A stretch of DNA of 64,000 bases from Paraspadella gotoi (lineage: Eukaryota > Animalia > Chaetognatha), in NCBI GenBank assembly GCA_051294375.1, contig CM119268.1, positions 14,418,060-14,482,059 on the forward strand, in the 5' to 3' direction. The position numbers were made by a program, and so were the translations under genes. The stretch's first letter is position 1. Every line of letters begins with the position of its first letter. Shown here in pieces: positions 38,888 to 50,300 of this stretch. Below the pieces are notes generated by a model. It saw only the letters and a list, made by a program, of their open reading frames with translations, made no database searches and was not told the origin of the DNA.

Positions 38888-40240
38888 CCCAAGCCCTTTC
38901 TTTTTTCCAACTTTATTTTTCTCTCTTTTTTCCCCCCAACTAAGTTTTATCTCTGCACTTTTTTTCATTTCTTCTACGAGTTTTATTTCCACGGGTTTTT
39001 TTTTATCCAAAAGAAACTGTCAGAGAGAAGGAAAAATTATTTATAAAAATAAATACATCAGATTTTAGAGAAAATAAACAAATTAAAGAAATATTTTCTG
39101 GTTTATTCGAGCGAAAAAATATTTTTTCCGACGAACTTTCGTCTTCTTAATTAAGACTTTTCCCTCTTTTTTTCTTCAAAATTTATTACGAGACTTATTT
39201 ATTATTTAGTCGTCGTTAATTTTAAAATTTTTAATCTTAATCGAATTTGTTTTCTTTTGAACTCCCGCCGCCGATTTGTGAGACACGATCGTCATCGGCC
39301 GCCGGCGAGACACACACCACTCTTTGGACCACCTCCTGCTTTAACTTCGCTTCTTCCACCACTACAACCACAATAACACACGCCACCACCCCCCAAAAAA
39401 CCACCGATATTTCCACTAACGGAATAAATCCTATAGAATCACAATGATTACAACTACGTCCACCATCAGCATATCTACCGCGACTTACATAACCATTACC
39501 ACAAATTTAATTCACTGGCATTACCACCAGTAAAACTGCTAAGTGGGGATTTATAAAACCGTTATTCCTTTCTTAATTTTAACCATAACATTAATCACGA
39601 ATTGCAATTATAAAGAAAAGAAATTGTTATTACACGTTTCTTCACAATATAACCACCATGTGCCCCAACACTAATATCTCCACCGCCGTCTCCACGGCCA
39701 ACGCCGAGACGTCGTTTTCATTCCAGATATTTTGTGGGTGGGAATCCATCCCGTCCGTTCATGAATGAATAAATCTCATTTGCATAATATCCGAAGAACA
39801 TTAAGCGTATTTAGAGATTCGATCCCCTCGTAAATTCTCGTCGTCTCTCAACATAGAGTCGCTAATAACAGAGAGAGAGAGAGAGAGAGAGAGACGCAGG
39901 CCGGGTATATAATGTTCACTCTATAATTTAAAAAAAAATTACAAAAATATTATGAATAATTACTAAAATCAACTTTCTGAATGTCCGAACAATTAGAAGA
40001 AAGCATTGATTTTTTTCCTACATTTATATAAATATATCTAAGTCTTAAATAAGTTCATAATTACATACTAATTAAATTATACTAAAAATAAAGATCCCTG
40101 CCTTCACGCAGCGAGATTTCTACGCTTCTGATTTATTTCGAACTCAACGTCTTAATTTTTGAGTTGACGTTTTTGGCCGAGATGAGCGGATGAGTCGATC
40201 TTAACAGTAGAGGTTCGATCGAGGAACACGGCCACAGGAA

Positions 40241-40348
40241 AAGACCCTCCTCGACGGTGAACGCTCTGGATTCATGACGAAAAGGTCGCTGGTTCGAGCC
40301 CGGTAGACGGTAGAAATTGGTATTCGTTACCATCAAGGTGTCAATGAA
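40241..40348 (+). mobile_element. tRNA-like head (SINE or tRNA pseudogene fragment)
   Basis: ...GGTGAACGCTCTGGATTCATGACGAAAAGGTCGCTGGTTCGAGCCCGG: D-arm end, anticodon-like loop TTCATGA, variable loop AGGTC and B-box GGTTCGAGCCC (40291-40301). No intact acceptor stem, and the sequence runs into a gap. Confidence 0.45.
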
Positions 40349-41779
40349 NNNNNNNNNNNNNNNNNNNNNNNNNAGAGAGAGATTTCGTTATGCGCCCATC
40401 TCACTCTCGCGACGCATCACACTTGCCTTACCTCTCTCTCTCCTCTCGTCATCTCCGTCTCATCATCTCATCGTCTCCTTCATCTCTCTCTCATATACTC
40501 CTTCTCCTCTCGTCTCATCTCTCATTCTCTCACTTTTTTTCTCAAATCGTTTTTCACTATAAATGTGGGCCCTTGAATTCACCTCATCCCGCACCAGGTC
40601 TTACTGTCTCGCCCTGTCTCTCTCATCTCTCTCTCGGCATCTCCCTCTCTCTCATCTTTCCTTCTCTCAAGGTCATATCAGATGGAAGGCTGTCGTCTTA
40701 AATCTTTGGCGGCCACTCGACGTGCCCCGCCGATGTTGACTGAGAGACAAATTTTTTTGGTTCTTTTTTTATTTTTCCTAGGAGTTTTTCTTCGTCTGGA
40801 TTTTATCTCAATTTTTTTTTCTTTGGGAGAAAAAAAACTGAAGAGAATTTTCCAAAAAAAAAAGAAGTGAGACAAAAAACATGTGGGAGGATTAGTTGGA
40901 ATTTAAAAGAGGTAACGATTTTTTCAAAGTTAAACGCAGCCAAAAAGAAGTTTCTTTTCCCAAGCTTAGGCTCCTCATCGTCATACCACTCTGTCGCTCT
41001 TGTGCTAAGGTTGTTGATTTCTAAATTCTTAATGGTTTCGGTACATGTCTTTGTGAATAAATTCGAGGGCGTGAGACTTTAAGCGTTTCGCGGAGCGAGA
41101 GAGGAGAGGAATGAAGTGGATTAATTGTGAAAATTAGCGCGCGCGTTTTGGCTTTCGTTTCTGCGCTGCGCGGCTTTCGTGCAAATGGAAAAGGCTTATA
41201 TTTTATATATGAAATTGGTACAACCAATATAAAAATTATCCATTCATTTAATGAATAAGCTATGTTCGAAATTATCTCTAGTTTAAAATCGAACAGGTTT
41301 TTGAGTAAATATCCTCCACTAGAAATGTGATATACTTTTTGCCTTGATGGTACTGCTTCGCTAACACTTTTCGCATCGGTCGTACAGCCGAACATTCGTA
41401 ACTCGAACTCGTCATGCATGGCCCGCCGTTGTTTTTCAGTGAGCTAAAAATGGTTACGCCCCAAAAAATATATTTTTGGAAAAGAGGCTCATCTCAAAGT
41501 CCACCAACCGCAGCGTAGCGACCCCCACCCTCTACCGACTCACTTATGGGACACCATAGTCACCATGACGTTCACAGTTACCATTGCCATCGAATTCTCC
41601 CGACTTCCCTGCACTATGAAGTCGACCGACACCATAGCCTACATTGCCTCCCATTTCATCCACCCAACCGTAGCCACAGCGACGCTTGCCACACAAAAAA
41701 AAAATTGTGGGGGGGAGAGAACACATTTAAACTCTTGACTTTTCGGGGGCTGAGAAAGAGAGAATTTTCTTCGGAGAAA

Positions 41780-41812
<33 letters not shown>

Positions 41813-44800
41813 NNNNNNNNNNNNNNNNNNNNNNNNNNNNNNNNNNNNNNNNNNNNNNNNNNNNNNNNNNNNNNNNNNNNNNNNNNNNNNNNNNNNNNNN
41901 NNNNNNNNNNNNNNNNNNNNNNNNNNNNNNNNNNNNNNNNNNNNNNNNNNNNNNNNNNNNNNNNNNNNNNNNNNNNNNNNNNNNNNNNNNNNNNNNNNNN
42001 NNNNNNNNNNNNNNNNNNNNNNNNNNNNNNNNNNNNNNNNNNNNNNNNNNNNNNNNTTTTTTTTTTTTTGGTTCTACTTTTCCAGTTTTTATATTTCGCT
42101 GTTTATTTTTATTTTGAGATTGTAATATTCTTGTCTAGTGGGTTTGAAAGCCCCTTAGGTACGGAATGTGCATGACGTGTGTTACAAAACTGGAGTGATA
42201 CATTTACTGTTCATTTCAAACTTCGTACAAATTGGTTGATTTAAAAGCTTTTCTGTCCAACGCAAAACAAACGGCCGATTATTTGTTGATTAAAAAGTAA
42301 AGGAGAAAAATATACTAAAATTTAATGAGACCAAAATTCGAACGTTGGTAAAAAAGAAAAAAAGGAGAAAGGTCGTCGAGCGGTGCCATTTCTTTTTGCA
42401 TCTTGGACTCCTTTTTTTTTCTTCTTTCTTTTTCCGATCTTAAGCTTTTTTCCTTTTTTTTTAGGTTTTGGCTGAAGCAAGAGAAAAACGAGGGGGAAGT
42501 TTTAAAAGAAAGAGGGGTTAAAGAAACGGGGGGAAGAGATAGATTAAGTTTTACTTCTCTCTGCCAAATCGGAAAGCCTTTGAGAGCGAAGAGGAGGGCC
42601 AGGGGAGCGATGGTGAGAAAGAGCAAAAGAAAAGTATTGGTTTTTGTTTTGTTGTTTTTTCTGTTTTTTTTTATTAACTCATATTAGTTTTACTCGCTCT
42701 CGTGATGCTTAATTCCGGAAAAGTCACGCGATTATTTTTTGCTTCAGGCGGAAGATTAATTGCGTCACGAGAAATAAATTTAAACTCATAACGAACTTTC
42801 CACCTCATCATTGATTGTATAACTTTTCCTTTGCCCCCCCTCTCTCTCTCTCATCCTCTCTCTCTCCTCTCTCGTCATCTCGTCATAGTCTCTCTCTCTC
42901 TCCTCCGCTCCTCTCAACGATTGTTTAGGTTCCCCGTTATGAGTGGCGTCTAAGAATCGTGAATTTGCCTCGAAGCAAAATTCACTTCTCGCTTTCTCGT
43001 AAGTCTATCTTCATCTGACCCTGCTCTTACACCGTTTCTTTTCCACTCTCACTCTTTTTCGATATTCTCACTCCAGTGACACTCTCTGACACTCACTGAC
43101 TCTATCCCCTCAAGCAATTTTTGGTGAAAGCCCTGATTTGATAAACAAACGAAAATTTGTGAAAAAAAAAATGATTTAATGTTTTTAGATGATTTTCAGT
43201 AGTTTAAGACTTTCCCGTTCAATATTCGCTTGGCATTCTTTGCATTCCTTTCCAGTGGGTCTCCACATTGTTGCTGCTCCCAGGCGCTCTTGTTACTGTG
43301 CTATTTGCCTCGAGGCCCGAAATGGGAAAATTAGGGGTCATTCGATGTTTATGATGAAGAGGCGAAGGCGGGTCAGCCGAAGATGAAATGAGGCCCGGGG
43401 TCATTAAGGGGAATGACGTGGGAGGGACGAAAAGAGGAAGGAGGAAGGGATAAGGATTTAAGGATTAAGGAGGAAAGAAAAAAAAAGGAAAAGGACGGTG
43501 AAGGAGAAAGAAAAAAAGGAAAAGGTCGCTTCGAGATTGGTTACAAAAATACATCGCTAATAAGAGGAAGCGATCGGATATGTAAAGAGAGAAACATGAA
43601 AATGAAAAGAAGAAAGAATAAAGAAGAAAAAAAAAAGGAAAATGAAAAAAAAGTAAAAGAAAGGGAAAAGTCAGCGTCGGGCAAAAAGTCAAGACTCAAC
43701 GCCTAAAATGAAAAGCCCCTCTGTCGGCGAAGGGAAACTCGTCACTTCCGGGTTTGACCGATAAATTCCGGAGCTGACGTGGCTCAATTGGTTTTTCAGA
43801 AGGGGGCGTCGGTAGTCGTCGTCAACGTCGCCGTCGTCCAGTTGGCGTCTTTTGTTTGTTTTTTTCCGTAGTCGTCGTTAAGATAATTTGACAAATGACT
43901 TTTCGATCGTTCTCTTTGTTTCAATTTGTTAAGCGGTTCTTCGTGCTAACTTATTCGATTCAGGTTACAAATTGTTGTCTGTGTCATCGATTTTGTTATA
44001 GTTTCCCCTGTCATTTGTCATTGATTCCGATTTGGCCTTTTCTGTTTCTTTTTTAGATGCCTGTTCGACTTTTGTCGTTTTTATCGCGATATTCGTGAGG
44101 TCTTTGGTGGTCTTCGGCGTCTTTTGTTTCGCCGTCTTTGTCATCGTCTTCGTCGTCGTCGTCATCGTTTTCCTTGTTCGACGTCGCATTTGTCTTCAGC
44201 CTCGTCCTCTTCAAAAATTCGTTTTCGTCGTCGTCGTCTTCGTCGTCGTCGTCGTTGTCGCGACAGCCTGGGTTCCCTTTATCCATAACTTTTGATGAAG
44301 TGTTATTGCGGTCGAAGGTAGTGATGCAGACTCCGTCGTAGATGGTGTTGTCTCTGAATGTTGTTGATGCAGTTGTCGTCGTCGTAGATGACGTTATCAT
44401 CGTATTTTGTCCTGGAACAAAAGGCAAACGGAGTTTCTTTCCCTCGGTCCTTTTTTTTCTTTTGTTGAGTTTTTTTTCTTTTTTTCCCTTTTGTTGAGTT
44501 TCGTTATGTATTACAACGTCGTGTCCTTTTAAAAACGGGTGTCCGGTACTGTCCTGTACTGTAGTCTGGCCTGTAGTCTTGAATAAAATACACCATTCCG
44601 GATAATCAACAAAAATTAGCATAACATCGCCCACTTGCCATTGGTCATTGATTTCGTCCTAGAATTCAATCCTTAAATGTTAAGAACGTTAATCATTTTT
44701 TCTATCTTATCAGTGATGAAAACTTTCAACGGCATCGGATCCTAGGGTTTACGTTATTTCGTTACTTATACTTATAGCTAAGAGAGAGAGAGAGAAATAG

Positions 44801-44983
44801 AGAGAGAGACGTGGTGAGCCTTGATGAGGAATCGCATTAGCGAAAGAGAAATTCCAGGTAAGCCCCTCTGTCTCTCTCTCTCTCCCTCTCTCTCTCTCTC
44901 CTCCCGGTGCTACGGCGAGTCGTGTTTGTCTTTCTAAAGATTTGTGGGAATACTTAGAGGCTTGTAGCTCATCTTAATTGTAG

Positions 44984-45064
44984 AACGAATACGTCGCTCA
45001 GGGGGTAACTTATGGCGCAGCATATGCGGCATATGGTGCAGCATATGCAAATCCCGGCGTATGA
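44984..45064 (+). CDS. Candidate terminal coding exon NEYVAQGVTYGAAYAAYGAAYANPGV*
   Basis: Upstream donor CAG|GTAAG (44857/44858) and acceptor TTAATTGTAG| (44983) define a 126-bp intron. The exon is 27 codons to TGA and the YGAAYA repeat varies only at third positions. AATAAA follows at about 45367 and 45428. Confidence 0.45.
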   Translation, partial: NEYVAQGVTYGAAYAAYGAAYANPGV

Positions 45065-46236
45065 CACTGACTGCTGAGTCGGCAAAAGAACTTTGCGCGG
45101 CCGGTGAGGGACAGGGGGGGGAAGGCGGAAGAGAGTGAGACAGAGACAGATAGAGAGAGACGCTCGGATGAAGGAAAAGAAGTAGGCAGGAAAGAGCTTA
45201 AAGGCACTCAATGTACAGCAGGGCTCAGTGGCTCACTCTTTTTCTCTTTATTTCCTATTTTTTTTTATTACGAGGAAAAGATAAACATACAGTATTATAC
45301 TATATTTGAATATTCGCATTTCGTAGCATAATTTTCGTATTATTGAATTATTGACAAATTTAAAAGAATAAAATATGATTACCATTCAGATAAGTAGATA
45401 AATATAAATATTCATAAAGATATTCATAATAAAGATACGAACGCCTGTGCTGATGCTTCTTTTTTTGGTGTGCCTTTGTCTGTGTGTACTTTTTATTAAA
45501 GTAGCTTGACACTTTCGTTAATTTTGTTTCNNNNNNNNNNNNNNNNNNNNNNNNNNNNNNNNNNNNNNNNNNNNNNNNNNNNNNNNNNNNNNNNNNNNNN
45601 NNNNNNNNNNNNNNNNNNNNNNNNNNNNNNNNNNNNNNNNNNNNNNNNNNNNNNNNNNNNNNNNNNNNNNNNNNNNNNNNNNNNNNNNNNNNNNNNNNNN
45701 NNNNNNNNNNNNNNNNNNNNNNNNNNNNNNNNNNNNNNNNNNNNNNNNNNNNNNNNNNNNNNNNNNNNNNNNNNNNNNNNNNNNNNNNNNNNNNNNNNNA
45801 GAGAGAGAGAGAGAGAGAGAGATTCAGTCCAACGAAGTATAATTCGGTTAAAAGGCGTTAAGCATCATGTAAATGTTTCCGAGGCGAGGCCACAATGATT
45901 TTGTATTTTGAATGCGTTTTTCCCAACAACGATATTAGATTTTGACCAAAATGGTGAAGCTTAAAATCGGTCAGCGGGTCAGTAGGTCTCGTCCAAAAAG
46001 AATCTGGGTGAATTCTGATAATTTGTATAGTTTAGTGAACTTTCGTTATTTAAGAGACATTGTCGAAATGATTTATGTGTCTATTCTTTTTGAAGGAAAA
46101 AAAAGTATTATCTCTGTATATATTAAAAGGGGATGATGAATGAGAAATTGAGCTCGTAACTTGGCAATATATATGTCAAAACCAGATTTAGCGAGAGAGA
46201 AGACAAAAATGCAGAAGATCGAGGAGAGAGAAAGAG

Positions 46237-46322
<86 letters not shown>

Positions 46323-47315
46323 CGGGCTCCAAAGAACTTCGAATCGAAGGATGATGAAAAAAAGGGGGAAAAAAAGAACGACGACGTGGGAATCGATCGC
46401 GGGACCTTTTCTGTTCTTCGTCTAAAAAAAAAATCAGAAAAAAAAGAATCGAAGGCGGATCACGTCTCATTTTTTTAAGAGTCAAACATCAAAAAGAAGA
46501 AAAAAATTGACGTCAGGTGTCGTTTTTCCTCTTTCGTCGAGGAGGTGAGAAAAAGAGGATGAGAAGAAAAAAGTATTTTGGGAAAGGATATCGTGATATC
46601 GCGGCGAACTGGAAAATAAATTAGGGTTTTCACGCGAGACAACTATATCCTCGTCGTGTTTTGTTCAGTTGGTAAAATTCTGGCAATACTCTGTCTTAGA
46701 ATACTGAATATTTGGAAGTTCTCCTGCCCAAGAGTTTTCTTGTTGCAATTGCAAAACTGTCGTCATCTGATCGCGTTCGATGCGCGAGAGAAATAAATCG
46801 CAGAATCTCGAACATCGACGCATTCGGTTTGAGTCATCCATTGCTTTATTAAAAAAGCAAAGAAAATCAGAAACTAAGGAAGAAAAAGAAAAACGCAGGA
46901 AGAAAGAAAGAAAATAAAGAGAAAGAAAAAAAGAGAAAGAATCAGAAGAAAGAAAGGATATTAATAAAAAAGAAAGAAATATAAAAAAAATCCGTACATG
47001 AGTGAAGTCGAAAGATTGGAAAAAAACCGCTAGAGGAAATAAAAGAAAATTAGAGAAAGGCCAGGAAGAAAAAAAAGAAAAAGAAAAGAGGGAAAGAAAG
47101 AGAGAAAGACCCGGAAAAAAGAAAAAAATAAAGAAGGTGGCAGAGAAAAATCATTTAGGAGAGTCGAGGGAGCTGGAAAAGAAAGAGCAAAGAGAAGATG
47201 AAAGAGAAGAAGACTTNNNNNNNNNNNNNNNNNNNNNNNNNNNNNNNNNNNNNNNNNNNNNNNNNNNNNNNNNNNNNNNNNNNNNNNNNNNNNNNNNNNN
47301 NNNNNNNNNNNNNNN

Positions 47316-50300
47316 NCAGGCCCCGAAAGCAAAGAAGCCGGGATCAAATCCCACATCCCCCCCAGACGAGGAAGCCGAAGGAGACGAGGATATGTTCGTT
47401 TCACGGTTGGGCTTGATTCCATCGTTTTGCTGAAGGATGATGTGTCGTAGGACGGCGCCGTAATCTGGGCGAGTCGCCGCGTTGGCGCCTGGGTGACAAC
47501 AGGTGTCAGGGCGCTTTGCTCGAGGACGAGGGCGTAGGCCGGAACGGCGTCGTTGACGCGGCGTCGGAGATGGTATCGTACGTGATGGCACCGGTGGGCG
47601 TGGAGCTCGGGGAGACGTCGCCGCTGGGGTGGGCGTGGCCGGAACTTGTTCCTCTTGCTGTTGGGAATCTGTTTCCGTGCGGATTTGCCTCGGAGGGGAG
47701 ACAACGCGACGTTGGCGATCTGGAGGGGGTGATGGCGGCGCCTGTGGCTCCGGGAAAGCTTCGTTTTGCGGGGGTTCGCCGTCGTCCTCGTCATCGTCGA
47801 TGTTGGCCGGTTTTACTCTCGCTATAGCGACAGTCTCGATACCTCTGCCGGGGATGTCGATTTTAAAATTCTGGCTATCTCGCGCTGTGACACGGAAGGG
47901 GCCCTCGTACGGGGCGGTGAGAGGCGGATTAATGCCGCCACGCCGGATGAAGACGTGTGTCGACGTGGTGAGACTGTCCGGAAGGTGGACTCGAGGTACT
48001 CGGTGTCGGCTGGTGGGCGCCGGCTGGAGCCGCTCTACTTCGACTCTGAGCTCATCCCTGAGGCGACGACGAGCTTCTCTCTCTTCTGCCTCAGTTTGAC
48101 TTGGGCCGAGGATGTCGCCAGGAACCGTAAGGGCATCTCCGTAGACCAGCTGGGCTGGTGAGGCGTCTACATCCGGTTTGATGGTGGTGCGGATGGCGAG
48201 GAGTGCTGAGGGAAGCCTCCAGTACCAGCCGTTTGGATTGTCCGTTGCGATTGCTATGAGGGACTCCTTGAGACGGCGATGAAATCTCTCGACCAATCCA
48301 TTCGCTTCTGGATGGTAAGCTGTCGTTAAATGAAGCTTGCAGCCCCACGTCTTAGCGAGTTGCGTCCAGATGGTCGAAGAGAACTGTGAGCCGCGATCTG
48401 AAGTTATTTCGGCAGGAATGCCGAAAGACGCAACCCAATGATGCGCGAAGGTGTCGGCAACGGTGACTGCTGTCATGTCCTTGATGGGTACTGCCATCGG
48501 CCATCTTGTAAATCTGTCGACGGCGGTGAGAAGATATGTGAACCCATTTGATGAAGGCATTTTGACGAGGTCGACGTGTACGTGTTGGAAACGACGTGGT
48601 GGCACGGTGAACTCGCCAATTTCCGGAATAACATGGCGCGTCACTTTTGCGCGCTGGCAAGCGACGCATTCACGTGCCCAACGCGTCACGTCCGCACGCA
48701 TTGAAGGCCAGACGAATTTTTCGGCCACGGCGTCTCGCGTCCGCGCAACGCCAGGGTGGCCGAGGTTGTGGATCGTCTGAAACACTTTTCGGCGCCAAGC
48801 CTCTGGAACGAACGGTCTTGGCGGGCCATTGGAGAGGTCGACCACAATAGATTCGTCGCCGAGCTGAATTCGTCTAAAATGCAGTCCAGTGGCGGGATCT
48901 TGGGAGAGTCGACAAAAATCCCGGTCCAATGGCTGTTGGCGGGCCATTTCGCGGAGGTCGATGCCTTGATGCTGTACTGCTGATGCGACGAGGGCGAAAT
49001 GTTCTGACTTCTCGGTGCTCAGAGGTCTGCTGGAGATGTCGGAGCCCTGATTTGGGCGCGAGAGGGCATCGGCCACAACATTGGCCTTTCCTTCGACATG
49101 CCTAATGTCCGTCGTATACTCGGAGATAGCCGAGAGTTGGAATGTTTGACGGGCCGTTTGAGGTTCTGTTTTCTTGTGGAGGGCGTGGATCAAACTCATG
49201 TGATCCGTATAGAGAACGAATGCTCGGCCCTCCAACCATGGGCGAAAATGTCTGACGGCGCGAAAAGCGCCGTACAATTCCCTGTCAAAGGGTGGCCATT
49301 TCCGTTGGGCGTCGCTCAACTTGGCTGAGAAAAATGCCAAGGGCTCCCAGCCCTGTTGGCCACGCTGCTCTAGAACGGCTCCCACGGCGTGGTCCGACGC
49401 GTCGGTCGTCAGTGAGAGAGAGGCGCCGGTTTTGGGGTGGCGAAGAAGAACAGCGTTTGCCAAAGCCTCCTTGACGGCGTCGAATCCACGTTGGCAACTT
49501 GGCGTCCAATCCAAACGCCGCGGCTTTCCTTTTAGGGCGTCATAAAGCGGTGTTGCATGATGTGCAACTCTCGGAATGAATCTACGGTAGTAGTTCACCA
49601 TTCCGAGGAAACGTTGTAGTTCCTTGACGGTCGAAGGCGCCGTGGTCTGGCGAAGGGCGTCGACGCGCTGGGGGAGAGGTTTCACGCCGCTGGCGTCCAC
49701 GTGATAACCGAGGAATTCCAGGGATTCCTGGCCGAGAATGCATTTCTTCCTGTTGATTACGAGGCCGTTCTCCTGAAGTGCTGTGAAGACCTCTTCGAGA
49801 TCCTTGGCGTGTTGGTCGTCGTCCTCGCTCGCTACCAGGATGTCGTCAAGGTAGACGTATACTCGGGGCATGCCGCCGAGTATTTCATCCATGAGGCGCT
49901 GAAAGTCTTGGCCTGCGTTCTTCAGGCCAAATGGAGTTCGCAGGAAGACATACAGGCCGAAAGGCGTGATGACCGCCGTCTTTGGGACGTCCTCCGTGGC
50001 CACCGGAATCTGGTGGTAGCCCTTCAAAAGGTCAATTTTCGAGAAGACCTTTTTTCCAGCCAACTGGGCATTGAAATCCGCAAGTAGTTTTACTGGATAT
50101 CGATCTGGAATCGTTTGTGCATTCAGTTGGCGGTAGTCGCCGCAAACTCGCCACCCTCCGTCTCCTTTAGGGACGCAGTGTAGTGGAGAGGACCATGGAC
50201 TTTTGGCTCGAACGGCAACGCCCAGCTCCACCATTTTATCCAGCTCAGCCTTGGCCACCGCTAGCTTTTCTGGGGATAGGCGGCGCGCACGTGCTTGGCA

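Noticed and set aside
41546-41700. His-rich peptide MGHHSHHDVHSYHCH...
   Set aside because: Arises from a degenerate ACC/CAT-rich periodic sequence like that at 39350-39530, with no splice or homology support.
47151-47315. C-terminal extension of Pol (KSSSLSSSLC...) in the ORF track
   Set aside because: Produced by reading through Ns. The 5' LTR copy shows TGA at the gap edge.
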